Source: an uncultured Devosia sp. (GTDB taxonomy: Bacteria > Pseudomonadota > Alphaproteobacteria > Rhizobiales > Devosiaceae). Taken from it: 64,000 nt of DNA. How positions within the stretch are numbered: the first letter of the stretch is position 1; each line of letters opens with the position of its first letter. Of the stretch, positions 17,797 to 26,827 are shown one piece after another. Location: positions 60,010 to 124,009 of the forward strand of contig CBIHQV010000011.1 of the NCBI GenBank assembly GCA_966212275.1, given 5' to 3'. The translations under genes were made by a program, and so were the position numbers. The notes under the pieces are model-generated. The model was not told the origin of the DNA, did no database searches, and saw nothing but the letters and a program-made list of their open reading frames with translations.

Positions 17797-18270
17797 CTAG
17801 AGGAACACGGAATCGTCGCCGGCAGCGCCGCCCAGGATGCGGCCCAGCGCCGTGCCGAGCTGGTCGGTGGTGAAGGGTTTGACCAGCACCTCGTTGACGC
17901 CCAGTTCGCGGGCCCGGGCGATATTGTCCCGGCTGGCATAGGCGGTCATGAGGATGACAGGCGTCCGTGATGCCGCGCCGATCCTTGGATCGCGCAGCAC
18001 CGTCATTACGCCCGCACCGTTGACGTCGGGCATGTACCAATCCATCAGCATGAGGTCGACCGGCTCGCTCAGCAGAGCCAGGATGGCCGCGGCCCCGCCT
18101 TCGGCTTCCACCACGACGCCCACGCCCAGCTTCTTGAGCCCATTGGCCGAAATGGCGCGCGCATAGGCATTGTCGTCCACGACCAAGGCTCTGAGGCGTC
18201 CGGGAATGATCACCGCTTCACGTCCTCGAAAATCTGCACCGCTGCAAGCCGCCGCGGCTGGTCTCAGCAA
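17797..18270 (-). CDS. single-domain response regulator (CheY-like receiver)
   Basis: LRALVVDDN, phospho-acceptor context LMLMDWYMPDVNG, ILMTAY, VLVKPF. The TTG at 18270 is the longest start; an in-frame GTG at 18213 is equally plausible. Confidence 0.85.
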   Translation of the reverse strand: MLRPAAAACSGADFRGREAVIIPGRLRALVVDDNAYARAISANGLKKLGVGVVVEAEGGAAAILALLSEPVDLMLMDWYMPDVNGAGVMTVLRDPRIGAASRTPVILMTAYASRDNIARARELGVNEVLVKPFTTDQLGTALGRILGGAAGDDSVFL

Positions 18271-18363
18271 AGTCTTTTGTCGAATATATCGGGTCGCAAT
18301 TCCAAACGGGTGAGCGCCAGTCTAAGCATTCTCACGTCCTCGCTTAGTGAAAGTGCGTTGCCC

Positions 18364-18987
18364 ATGTCAATTGAGTCGGTTGCCGATGGCCTGCCGCGGT
18401 GCCCCTGGGCTGGGGATGACGCGCTTTATCGCCACTATCACGACCGCGAATGGGGCAGGCCGGTCACCTCGGATACGCGGCTGTTCGAGAAGATTTGTCT
18501 CGAGGGCTTTCAGTCCGGGCTCTCCTGGATCACCATCCTGCGCAAGCGCGAACGCTTCCGCGAAGTGTTCCACGGCTTCGATATCGCCAAGGTCGCCGCA
18601 ATGACCGAGGCCGATATAGAGCGCCTGCTGCTCGATGCGGGCATCATCCGCCATCGCGGCAAGATCGCCGCTACCATCAACAATGCCCAGCGCACGCTCG
18701 CCATCCAGGCCGAGTTCGGTTCGCTCGCCGCCTACGTCTGGCGCTTCGAGACCCGCCCCGAGCATCGCCCGAATGATTTGAGCTGGGAAAACCTGCGCCG
18801 CCTCGCGCAGACCGAGGCTTCGGTTCGGCTGTCCAAGGACCTGCGCAAGCGCGGCTTCGCTTTTGTCGGCCCCACCACCTGCTACGCCTTCATGCAGGCC
18901 ATGGGCCTGGTCAACGATCACATCGCGGGCTGCTTCTGCCGCGACGAGGTGGAAGCCGAGCGCCACGCGCTGGTGCGGCCCACCTGA
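18364..18987 (+). CDS. tag: DNA-3-methyladenine glycosylase I
   Basis: CPWAGDDALYRHYHDREWGRPV, FEKICLEGFQSGLSWITILRKRE and the C-terminal H..GC.C zinc-snap motif are characteristic of Tag. Start set at ATG 18364. Confidence 0.9.
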   Translation: MSIESVADGLPRCPWAGDDALYRHYHDREWGRPVTSDTRLFEKICLEGFQSGLSWITILRKRERFREVFHGFDIAKVAAMTEADIERLLLDAGIIRHRGKIAATINNAQRTLAIQAEFGSLAAYVWRFETRPEHRPNDLSWENLRRLAQTEASVRLSKDLRKRGFAFVGPTTCYAFMQAMGLVNDHIAGCFCRDEVEAERHALVRPT

Positions 18988-19333
18988 CTAACCTGTTGCC
19001 GATACGCCACATTCAAGGCCAAGTGCGACAAGCCGCCACATCCCCGCTTGCGGATCACGGAATCGAGAGCTAGAAGGCTGGCGTCCATCAAAGCCAACCC
19101 GAGGGAGGCAGCTACATGACAGTCATGTTTGAACTCCGCCAGGGTGATCACGCGCGGCATTGCGCGCGAGGTTAAGCCTCGCTCCCTGCCATCTCGGTCC
19201 TCGTGACCGTGGACACTTTCCTAGCCACCACACCCCGATGAACTGAACCGGGCCGTTTTGCGTCCCCGATTCCAGCCCATCCACCCAACCCATCAGAGGC
19301 CGGTCCCGCGTCTTGGCGCGCCCGGAAACCGTC

Positions 19334-19594
19334 ATGACTTACAACACCCTCCCCGAGGGCAGCATCGTTCTGCGCCTCGAATTCTCCATCGCCGACGCCG
19401 TCCATCAGCGTGGCCTGCTCTCCGTGATCGCCACGGCAATCAGCGCCTGGTGGAACCGTCCGCGGTTGCCCGGAGACTTGCCCGCTTCTTTGCGGGCGGA
19501 CATCGGCCTGCCGCCGGAACCACAGCCCGCCCATTGGCTGCAGATTTCGGCCAGCTCGAGTATTCCAGATCCCCTGCGGAGACCTGGCATGTAG
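19334..19594 (+). CDS. small protein, DUF1127-like motif (paralog 1 of a tandem pair)
   Basis: 86 aa, MTYNTLPEGSIVLRLEFS...[24 protein letters not shown]. About 50% identical by eye to the next ORF. The W-basic-L..L..DIGL core resembles DUF1127. Confidence 0.55.
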   Translation: MTYNTLPEGSIVLRLEFSIADAVHQRGLLSVIATAISAWWNRPRLPGDLPASLRADIGLPPEPQPAHWLQISASSSIPDPLRRPGM

Positions 19595-19679
19595 GGGCAG
19601 GGGGCGCGGATTTCAGTCCGCCTCCCCGGCTCAAACCATCTCAACAGAAGGACGGCGCCTGTGCGCGCCGGATCCCGCT

Positions 19680-19943
19680 ATGTCGTATGATGCACTCAGT
19701 GAGGGCAGCTTCTCGCTGCGCCTCGATTTCAACGTCGTCGAAGCGGTGCAGCACCGCGGTCTTCCCAATGTTCTGCGCGTGGCCCTGGTCGCGTGGTGGA
19801 ACCGGCCCCGGCTGCCCGACGATCTCCCCGCTCGCCTGCGGGAGGATATGGGCCTGCCGCCCGTAGCCAAGTCGGCGTTTTGGCCGGAGCCTTCGGGCGA
19901 TGGCCTGCAACTGCCTCCGCCTTTCTGGAGGCCTGGCCTCTAA
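19680..19943 (+). CDS. small protein, DUF1127-like motif (paralog 2 of a tandem pair)
   Basis: 87 aa, [18 protein letters not shown]...[24 protein letters not shown]. Collinear with 19334-19594, including similar upstream nucleotides (GCGCGCC-GGA..ATG). Confidence 0.55.
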   Translation: MSYDALSEGSFSLRLDFNVVEAVQHRGLPNVLRVALVAWWNRPRLPDDLPARLREDMGLPPVAKSAFWPEPSGDGLQLPPPFWRPGL

Positions 19944-19948
19944 GGGCT

Positions 19949-19977
19949 GGGAAGGTCGGGTAATTCCCGGCCTTCCC
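19949..19977 (+). terminator. 12-bp GC hairpin after the DUF1127-like pair (terminator-like, no T-tract)
   Basis: GGGAAGGTCGGG-TAATT-CCCGGCCTTCCC (one G:U), starting 6 nt after the stop codon. Confidence 0.35.
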
Positions 19978-20055
19978 ATGCCTCCGCCGTCTCTCGCACT
20001 GTTGTTTCCATTTCACCGATCCGCTAGGAACGGCGCGACTTGTCAGGACTTCCAG

Positions 20056-21552
20056 ATGACCGAAAAGACCAAGCTGATCACGCCCCGCCTGCCGCGTGGC
20101 TTCGAGGATCGCACGCCCGGCGAAATCGCCGCCGTGGGCGCCATGATCGACAAGATCAGGAAAGTCTATGAGCGCTATGGTTTCGACCCCGTCGAAACGC
20201 CGCTGCTCGAGCTGACCGAGACGCTGGGCAAGTTCCTGCCCGATACCGATCGGCCCAATGCCGGCGTCTTCTCCATCCAGGACGATGACGAGCAGTGGAT
20301 GAGCCTGCGCTACGACCTCACCGCGCCGCTCGCCCGTTACTTCGCCGAGAATTTCGAGACCCTGCCCAAGCCCTACCGCTCCTATCGCCAGGGCTACGTG
20401 TTCCGCAACGAAAAGCCCGGCCCGGGCCGCTTCCGCCAGTTCATGCAGTTCGATGCCGATACGGTGGGCGCTGGTGGCCCCGAGGCTGATGCCGAGATGG
20501 CCATGATGATGGCCGACGTGATGGACGCGCTGGGTCTGGGCGGCAAATATGTCGTCAAGGTCAACAACCGCAAGGTGCTCGACGGTGTGCTGGATGCCGC
20601 CGGCGTCACCACCGACGACCAGAAGCTGATCGTGCTGCGCGCCATCGACAAGCTCGACAAGTTCGGCACCGAAGGTGTGCGGCTGCTGCTCGGCGCCGGC
20701 CGCAAGGACGAGAGCGGCGATTTCACCAAAGGGGCAGGGCTCGCCTCGACCCAGATCGACGCCATCGTCGCCTATACCGAGAGCGGCATTCCGGCCGCCG
20801 GCGTCGACAAGGGCAGCAATGCCCATGTCATTGCCACCATCAATGCGCTGGCCGGCCTGATCGGCGGTTCTGAAACCGGCCTCCAGGGCGTCCAGGAACT
20901 GGCCTCGATCTTCGGCCTCGTCAGCGCCGCTGGGTTCGGTGGTCGCGTGGTGCTCGACCCGGCCGTCGTGCGTGGCCTCGAATATTATACCGGCCCGGTC
21001 TTCGAGATCGAACTGACCTTCAAGGTGCAGAACGAGAAGGGCCAGGACGTGGTATTCGGCGCCGTGGGCGGCGGCGGCCGTTATGATGGCCTCGTCTCCC
21101 GCTTCCGTCGAGAACCGGTACCGGCGACTGGCTTCTCCATCGGCGTCTCGCGTCTCGCCAATGCGCTCAAGCTCACCGGCAATCTCAATGCTGCCGAGCC
21201 GGTTGGTCCGGTCGTCGTCCTCGTCATGGACAAGGAGCAGATGGCTGGCTACCAGGCCATGGTCGCCGAGCTGCGCAATGCCGGCATCCGCGCCGAAATG
21301 TTCCTCGGCAACACCAAGAATTTCGGCAAGCAGGTCGCCTATGCCGACAAGCGCAATTCGCCCATCGTGATCATCGAAGGCAGCCAGGAGCGCGAACAGG
21401 GGCTCCTGCAGATCAAGGACCTGATCGCCGGCAAGCAGGCGGCTGAGGCCATCACCGACAATGCCGAATGGAAGGCTGCACGGCCGGGCCAGTTCGAGAT
21501 CAAGCGGGATGAACTGGTGGCTGCCGTTCAGAAGCTGTTGAGCGAGCAATGA
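20056..21552 (+). CDS. hisS: histidine--tRNA ligase
   Basis: Class II aaRS motifs of HisRS: [42 protein letters not shown]. Start at [10 protein letters not shown] (ATG 20056). Confidence 0.95.
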   Translation: MTEKTKLITPRLPRGFEDRTPGEIAAVGAMIDKIRKVYERYGFDPVETPLLELTETLGKFLPDTDRPNAGVFSIQDDDEQWMSLRYDLTAPLARYFAENFETLPKPYRSYRQGYVFRNEKPGPGRFRQFMQFDADTVGAGGPEADAEMAMMMADVMDALGLGGKYVVKVNNRKVLDGVLDAAGVTTDDQKLIVLRAIDKLDKFGTEGVRLLLGAGRKDESGDFTKGAGLASTQIDAIVAYTESGIPAAGVDKGSNAHVIATINALAGLIGGSETGLQGVQELASIFGLVSAAGFGGRVVLDPAVVRGLEYYTGPVFEIELTFKVQNEKGQDVVFGAVGGGGRYDGLVSRFRREPVPATGFSIGVSRLANALKLTGNLNAAEPVGPVVVLVMDKEQMAGYQAMVAELRNAGIRAEMFLGNTKNFGKQVAYADKRNSPIVIIEGSQEREQGLLQIKDLIAGKQAAEAITDNAEWKAARPGQFEIKRDELVAAVQKLLSEQ

Positions 21553-21578
21553 GCTTCATCATTTCGCCCATTCCTGAT

Positions 21579-21604
21579 GTCACCCCGACCTGCGTCGGGA
21601 TGAC
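21579..21604. repeat. family-1 repeat, solo hairpin
   Basis: GTCACCCCGACCTGCGTCGGGATGAC between hisS and hisZ. Confidence 0.7.
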
Positions 21605-21637
21605 ACCGCGTATGTGGGTGGCAAGTGGGGAAGAGCC

Positions 21638-22702
21638 ATGACCGGCGCCGCCATCCGTCGCGCCAATCTCGAATCCCTGGTCGAAGCGCAGGGCGCCACG
21701 CGCGCGACGCCGCCGCTGCTGCTCTCGGCTGATCCCTATTTCGATCTCGCCGGTGAGGAATTCGGGCGTCGGCTGCTGCTGACGACAGACAGGATGGGCG
21801 CCGAATACTGCCTGCGGCCCGATTTCACCCTGCCCATCGTCACCTCCTATATCGAGGACGGGGTCGGCGCGCCTGCCGCCTTTTCCTATATGGGCCCCAT
21901 CTTCCGCCAGCGCGACACCGGTCCGGCCGAGTTCGACCAGGCCGGTATCGAGCTGCTGGCCCAGCCCGATGGCGATGTGGCGCTCGATCAGGTGCTGACC
22001 TTTGCCCGCGCCGCCCTCTCCATTTTCGGCGTCGCCCCCGATATCCGCCTTGGCGGCGTCGGCCTCTTCGAAGCGCTGCTGGTCCAGGCCGACATGCCCG
22101 ATGCCTGGCGCCCGCGCATCCGCAATCGCTTTGGCCACACCGAGGCGCTTGATCGCCTGCTGACCCGCCTCGAAGCCGCGCCCGACGCGCCGCGCGAACA
22201 GCAGCCGGGTCGCAAGGCGCTGGTCGACAGCGTCACCGAGCAGATGGTTGCCGCCGGGCTCAGCCTGTCGGAAGGCCGCACGCCCGACGAGATCGCCGAT
22301 CGCTATCTGGAGCAGCAGGCGCTCGATGCTGCCCATGTTCCGGCTAGTACGCTGAAACTCCTGCGCGACTACCTGGCCATTTCCGGCCCGGTGCTACAGG
22401 CCCTGACCCAGGTCGAGGCCCTGGCCAGCCAGCACAGGCTGATGCTCGGCGCGCCGATCCGCGCTATCAGGCGCCACCTCAACGGGCTGGGCGAGGCGCG
22501 CGTTATCTTCGACGCCAGCTTCTCGCCGCGGCTCGACTATTACACCGGCATCGTCTTCGAGATGACCGGCCCGCGCGGCGAAATCCTTGCTTCCGGCGGC
22601 CAATATGATCGCCTGCTCGAACGCCTGGGCGCCACCGCGCCGATCGCCGCCTCGGGCTGCTCGGTCTGGGTCGATCGCCTCGAAGCGGAGGTCGCCCAAT
22701 GA
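21638..22702 (+). CDS. hisZ: ATP phosphoribosyltransferase regulatory subunit
   Basis: HisRS-paralog lacking the anticodon-binding domain (LRPDFTLP, GGQYDRLL). Sits between hisS and hisG and overlaps hisG by ATGA. Confidence 0.85.
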   Translation: MTGAAIRRANLESLVEAQGATRATPPLLLSADPYFDLAGEEFGRRLLLTTDRMGAEYCLRPDFTLPIVTSYIEDGVGAPAAFSYMGPIFRQRDTGPAEFDQAGIELLAQPDGDVALDQVLTFARAALSIFGVAPDIRLGGVGLFEALLVQADMPDAWRPRIRNRFGHTEALDRLLTRLEAAPDAPREQQPGRKALVDSVTEQMVAAGLSLSEGRTPDEIADRYLEQQALDAAHVPASTLKLLRDYLAISGPVLQALTQVEALASQHRLMLGAPIRAIRRHLNGLGEARVIFDASFSPRLDYYTGIVFEMTGPRGEILASGGQYDRLLERLGATAPIAASGCSVWVDRLEAEVAQ

Positions 22703-23409
22703 GTGGCATCACACTCGCCGTGCCGTCCAAGGGGCGCCTCGAAGAACTGACGCGCGAATGGTTCGCCGGCAAAGGCCTCACCATTACCCGCCCCGGCGGC
22801 GCTCGCTCCTACCTCGGGGCCATCGAGGGCATGCCTGATGTCACCGTGCGGTTCTTCCCAGCCTCCGAGATTGCCCGCGAACTCATCCGCGGCACCATCG
22901 ATCTGGGTGTCACGGGGCTCGACCTCATCCATGAGAGCAGCGAGCAGGGGCCAGATAGTGTGAGCACCGTCAGCCGGCTCGGCTTCGGCAATGCAGATGT
23001 CGTCGTCGCCGTGCCCGATTCCTGGATCGACGTTACCCACATGCACGACCTAGCCGACGTTGCCTCCGATTTTCGCAGCCGCCACGGCCGCTGGATGCGC
23101 ATCGCCACCAAATACATCACCATAACCCGCCAGCACTTCGCCAGCGCCGGCATTGCCGAATACCGCACTGTCGAGAGCCTTGGGGCCACCGAAGCGGCGC
23201 CGGCCTCGGGCGTGGCCGACATCGTGGTCGATATCACCAGCACCGGCTCGACGCTTGCCGCCAACGGCTTGCGCGTTCTGGACGACGGTGTGATGTTGAG
23301 CAGCGAGGCGTGCCTTTTCGCCGCCCGCCGTGGCGAGAAGAACAATGCGAGGCGCGCGGCGGTGGCTGCGCTTATCGCCCGCCTTGGCCTCACGCATGCA
23401 CTGGATTGA
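22699..23409 (+). CDS. hisG: ATP phosphoribosyltransferase catalytic subunit
   Basis: LAVPSKGRLEE, FFPASEIARELIRGTIDLGVTGLDL, DITSTGSTLAANGL. Confidence 0.9.
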   Translation: MSGITLAVPSKGRLEELTREWFAGKGLTITRPGGARSYLGAIEGMPDVTVRFFPASEIARELIRGTIDLGVTGLDLIHESSEQGPDSVSTVSRLGFGNADVVVAVPDSWIDVTHMHDLADVASDFRSRHGRWMRIATKYITITRQHFASAGIAEYRTVESLGATEAAPASGVADIVVDITSTGSTLAANGLRVLDDGVMLSSEACLFAARRGEKNNARRAAVAALIARLGLTHALD

Positions 23410-23414
23410 CGGTG

Positions 23415-23600
23415 ATGGGCGGCGATTGGCTGATCTATGGTTTGCTCGCCATTGCCATCGTCGGCGCCATCCTGCCGCTATGGGGACGAGGCCGGCGCAA
23501 AAAGGGGCGCGAACCACTCATCCCCATTCGGCCACTGCGTAACGACGACCATACCGGCTATTATGGGGAGGCTGACGCCGACCGCAACAACGACGACTGA
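23415..23600 (+). CDS. single-pass microprotein 1 (61 aa)
   Basis: MGGDWLIYGLLAIAIVGAILPLWGRGRRKKG... followed by an acidic tail. Same layout as the next two small ORFs (short N-terminus, TM helix, basic cluster, low-complexity tail). Confidence 0.45.
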   Translation: MGGDWLIYGLLAIAIVGAILPLWGRGRRKKGREPLIPIRPLRNDDHTGYYGEADADRNNDD

Positions 23601-23708
23601 CCCTCATCGAGGAGATATTGTCGTACAGGCTTGCGCGAGGCCCGCCTTGGCGTGCCGGTGCAAAGCGAAGCTGGCCCGTCATAATGCGACTACCGGAGGC
23701 CGCCGCCG

Positions 23709-23825
23709 ATGAGTGGACAATTGTTTGAAATACTGGTGATCGTCGCCGCGGTGTTGGCCATCGTCTACATTCTCTGGCGCAACAATCAGGGTCGTAGGGG
23801 CCCGGGCAACGGCGGTCAGGAATAG
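23709..23825 (+). CDS. single-pass microprotein 2 (38 aa; too short for the ORF track)
   Basis: Hand translation: MSGQLFEILVIVAAVLAIVYILWRNNQGRRGPGNGGQE*. GGAGG lies 9 nt upstream of the ATG, and third-position G/C is about two thirds. Confidence 0.45.
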   Translation: MSGQLFEILVIVAAVLAIVYILWRNNQGRRGPGNGGQE

Positions 23826-23829
23826 AACG

Positions 23830-24051
23830 ATGACCGTGATCTATGGCGGATTTGTCCTCATCGCGATCATGGCCGGCATCATCTACATCGCCGCACAACC
23901 CAGGCTCGCGAGAAGGGGCAAGGGCGACGGCTCTGGCAGCGACAGCGCGACCTACGGCACCTCCAGCCACGACAACAGTGACAGCGGCAGTGGCACCGAT
24001 GGTGGTAGCAGTGGCGGCGGCGATGGTGGAGGGGGCGGCGGTGGCGACTGA
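23830..24051 (+). CDS. single-pass microprotein 3 (73 aa) with Gly/Ser/Asp tail
   Basis: MTVIYGGFVLIAIMAGIIYIAAQPRLARRGKGDGSGSD...GGGDGGGGGGGD. Starts 4 nt after microprotein 2. Confidence 0.45.
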   Translation: MTVIYGGFVLIAIMAGIIYIAAQPRLARRGKGDGSGSDSATYGTSSHDNSDSGSGTDGGSSGGGDGGGGGGGD

Positions 24052-24105
24052 TGCTCTGCCGTTGCGGGCCGGCCCCGATTCACGGCACAAGGCTCTGACA
24101 AGGCC

Positions 24106-25317
24106 GTGGGGGGCACATTGGCCGAACAGCTTGAACTGACCATCCTGATGCCCTGCCTCAACGAGGCGGAGACCCTGGCCCGCTGCATCGGCAAGGCCCG
24201 CGCCTTTCTCGACCGGAGCGGCATAGCGGGCGAAATCGTCATCGCCGACAATGGCTCGACCGATGGATCCCAGGGTATTGCCGAGGGTCTTGGCGCGCGC
24301 GTCGTGCCGGTGCCCGAGCGCGGCTATGGCGCGGCGCTGGGCGGCGGCATTGCTGCGGCGCGAGGCCGCTTCGTCATCATGGGCGATGCCGATGACAGCT
24401 ACGATTTCTCCCGGCTCGATGCCTTTGTCGCCGCCCTGCGCGATGGCGCTGATCTGGTCATGGGCAACCGCTTCGACGGCGGCATCGCTCCCGGCGCCAT
24501 GCCCTGGCACCACCGCTATATCGGCAACCCGGCGCTGAGCGCGGTCGGGCGGCTGTTCTTCCACACGCCGATCCGCGATTTCCATTGCGGGTTGCGCGGC
24601 TTTTCCCGTGCCGCGATCCTGGCGCTCAAGCTGCGCACCTCGGGCATGGAATTCGCCTCCGAAATGGTGGTCAAGGCAACGTTGGCCCATCTCGACGTGC
24701 GCGAAGTGCCCACGACGCTCGACAAGGATGGCCGCTCGCGTCCGCCGCACCTGCGGTCCTTCCGCGATGGCTGGCGCCACCTGCGCTTCCTGTTGCTGTT
24801 CTCGCCGCGCTGGCTCTTTCTCTATCCCGGTTTCGCGCTGCTCGGCTTTGGCCTTGTCGTTGGGGCGCTGCTGCTGCCCGGGCCATTGCGGATCGGGCAT
24901 GTCAATTTCGACGTGCACACTTTCCTCGTGGCGGCGCTCTGCATCATCGTCGGGCTGCAGTCGATTTCCTTCGCCATCATCGGCCGGCGTTTCGCCTCGC
25001 GCTATGGCTTCATCCCCCGCTCGGGCAATTACGACCGCCTGCTCGAGGCGCTGACGCTCGAGCGCATCCTGCTGGTCGCCGCGCTGCTGATGCTGGTCGG
25101 CCTCGTCGCCCTCATCTGGGGCTTGAGCGAATGGGCCGAGCGCGGCTTCGGCCCGCTCAACCTCACCGGCACCATGCGTGCGGTGATCGTCGCGATGACC
25201 GCGATGGTTTCGGGCTTCCAGATGATGATGAGCGGCTTCATGTCGTCGATGATCAACATTCCCATCTACGAACGGCGCATTGCCGACGACCCGACAACGC
25301 GCCAGAACGCGCCCTGA
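24106..25317 (+). CDS. family 2 glycosyltransferase with four C-terminal TM helices (polyprenyl-phosphate glycosyltransferase-like)
   Basis: LTILMPCLNEAETL, IADNGSTDGS and MGDADDSYD (DxD), then four hydrophobic helices. GTG start at 24106 (TTG at 24118 possible). Confidence 0.85.
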   Translation: MGGTLAEQLELTILMPCLNEAETLARCIGKARAFLDRSGIAGEIVIADNGSTDGSQGIAEGLGARVVPVPERGYGAALGGGIAAARGRFVIMGDADDSYDFSRLDAFVAALRDGADLVMGNRFDGGIAPGAMPWHHRYIGNPALSAVGRLFFHTPIRDFHCGLRGFSRAAILALKLRTSGMEFASEMVVKATLAHLDVREVPTTLDKDGRSRPPHLRSFRDGWRHLRFLLLFSPRWLFLYPGFALLGFGLVVGALLLPGPLRIGHVNFDVHTFLVAALCIIVGLQSISFAIIGRRFASRYGFIPRSGNYDRLLEALTLERILLVAALLMLVGLVALIWGLSEWAERGFGPLNLTGTMRAVIVAMTAMVSGFQMMMSGFMSSMINIPIYERRIADDPTTRQNAP

Positions 25318-25330
25318 ACTCTTGGTCTTG

Positions 25331-26077
25331 ATGCTTGATCCCCTGATTCTCCTGGCGCTTGCCGCCGTCGGCATGCTGGCCGGCTTTGTCGATGCCATTG
25401 CCGGCGGTGGCGGCATGATCGCGCTGCCCGCCCTGCTTTCGGCCGGCCTGCCGCCGGTTTCGGCGCTCGCTACCAACAAGCTGCAATCGGTGTTTGGCAC
25501 CGGCATGGCGGCGCTCACCTATTGGCGGCGCGGCTTCGTCTCGCTCAAGGCCTTGGTCCCCGCCATCGCGCTCACCTATGCCGGCAGCCTTGTGGGTGCG
25601 CTGGTGGTCAAGCAGATCGATATCAGCCTGCTCGATGTGGCCGTGCCGGTGGCGCTGATCGGCATCGCGCTCTATTTCCTGTTCGCGCCCAACCTCTCCG
25701 ATGCCGACAAGGCCGCGCGCCTGCCATTTGGGCTGTTCGTGCCGCTCATGGGCCTGCTGGTCGGGTTCTACGACGGCGTCTTCGGGCCCGGGACCGGCTC
25801 GTTCCTGACCATCGGTTTCGTCATGCTGTTCGGCCTGGGACTGACGCGCGCCTCGGGCAATACCAAGATCCTCAACCTGGTCTCGAACCTGGCGGCGCTC
25901 ACCATCTTCATTCCGGCCGGCGACGTGGTCTGGCCGGCCGCGATTGCCATGGCTGCGGGGCAGTTGGTGGGCGGCTATGTCGGCGCCCGCACCGGCATCC
26001 GCTATGGCGCACGCATCATCCGCCCGGTGGTCGTGGTGGTCTCGATCGCCCTGGCGCTGCGCCTGCTGTTCTTCTAG
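25331..26077 (+). CDS. TauE/SafE (DUF81) family anion-export-type membrane protein
   Basis: MLDPLILLALAAVGMLAGFVDAIAGGGGMIALPALL and a repeated GxGGG-type half; 7-8 TM helices. Confidence 0.8.
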   Translation: MLDPLILLALAAVGMLAGFVDAIAGGGGMIALPALLSAGLPPVSALATNKLQSVFGTGMAALTYWRRGFVSLKALVPAIALTYAGSLVGALVVKQIDISLLDVAVPVALIGIALYFLFAPNLSDADKAARLPFGLFVPLMGLLVGFYDGVFGPGTGSFLTIGFVMLFGLGLTRASGNTKILNLVSNLAALTIFIPAGDVVWPAAIAMAAGQLVGGYVGARTGIRYGARIIRPVVVVVSIALALRLLFF

Positions 26078-26084
26078 TGACGAA

Positions 26085-26108
26085 GACAGGGGCGCTGACG
26101 CCCCTGTC
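26085..26108. terminator. 10-bp GC hairpin between convergent genes (bidirectional terminator-like)
   Basis: GACAGGGGCG-CTGA-CGCCCCTGTC in the 36-nt gap between the TauE stop and the EF-hand protein stop. Confidence 0.45.
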
Positions 26109-26113
26109 GCAAA

Positions 26114-26827
26114 TCAGGCAGCCGTGTCGAAGATCGACACCGGTTGCTCCAGCAGGCTCTGCTGTTGGCTGGTCTTGTAGGCACTTTGCGCCATCGAGAA
26201 GAGCGTGGTTGCCGAACTGTCCTCGTCCTCCTCGGCACTACCTGGCGGCGGACCATTCGGTGGCGGTCCCCCTGGGGGCGGTCCGCCCGGCGGTGGCCCA
26301 CCCGCAGGGCGGCTTTCGTTCAGCGCAGACTCGATTGCGTCGAGAAAGTCGGAACTCTCGGTTTCCGTGATCGAGCCGTCCCCGTCGGCATCGATCAGGT
26401 TGAAGAGTTTCTGCAGCGTTTCGCTGCCGATATCGGACGCTGCTTCGTCATTGCCGAATTCCGCGATCGATACGGCACCGTCCCCGTCGGTATCGGTCTG
26501 CGCGAAGATGTCGGCATTGCTGGGCCCGGCGATCTGCTGGGCCATGAACGCCATCGACTGGCGCTGTTCGACCATGGCGGCGTCGAACGTGTCTTTCTCC
26601 GTGCTGGTGATGCTGCCGTCCCCGTCGGCATCCATCGCCTTGAACAGGGCTTCTGCCCGCTTGTCCGCATCGGCACCCTTTGCACCCTTGGGCGCACCGA
26701 GCTTGAGTTCGTCGAGTGAGAGGCTGGAATCGGCGTTAGCGTCCAGGCTCTGGAAGCTCGGCGGACGGAAGGCGGTGAGCATCATCTGCGAAACCGACTG
26801 CCCGCCGCCGATATTGGCGATTGACAT
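26114..26827 (-). CDS. EF-hand calcium-binding protein with a Pro/Gly linker
   Basis: Four DxDxDG-type loops (DANADSSLSLDE, DADGDGSITSTE, DTDGDGAVSIAE, DADGDGSITETE) plus the GGPPPGGPPPGGPPPNGPPPG tract. Confidence 0.85.
   Translation of the reverse strand: MSIANIGGGQSVSQMMLTAFRPPSFQSLDANADSSLSLDELKLGAPKGAKGADADKRAEALFKAMDADGDGSITSTEKDTFDAAMVEQRQSMAFMAQQIAGPSNADIFAQTDTDGDGAVSIAEFGNDEAASDIGSETLQKLFNLIDADGDGSITETESSDFLDAIESALNESRPAGGPPPGGPPPGGPPPNGPPPGSAEEDEDSSATTLFSMAQSAYKTSQQQSLLEQPVSIFDTAA

Noticed and set aside
14880-18270. Possible genomic island integrated at tRNA-His (TadG-like gene, L,D-transpeptidase and CheY-like gene immediately 3' of the tRNA).
   Set aside because: There is no integrase, no obvious direct repeat of the tRNA 3' end by eye, and the downstream genes look like ordinary envelope and signalling genes. 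Only the insert within the TadG-like gene looks compositionally odd.
19116-19175. 19-codon ORF (MTVMFELRQGDHARHCARG) with a good GGGAGG SD in the long leader upstream of the DUF1127-like pair; possible leader peptide.
   Set aside because: It is too short to evaluate from sequence alone. There is no attenuator-like alternative structure or informative codon run, so it cannot be supported without conservation or Ribo-seq data.
23518-25518. 666-aa minus-strand ORF spanning the microprotein genes, the GT2 gene and the TauE start.
   Set aside because: It has no recognisable domain and an extreme Arg/Ala/Gly composition. It is antisense to a GT2 gene with clear DxD and NEA motifs, so it is a shadow ORF.
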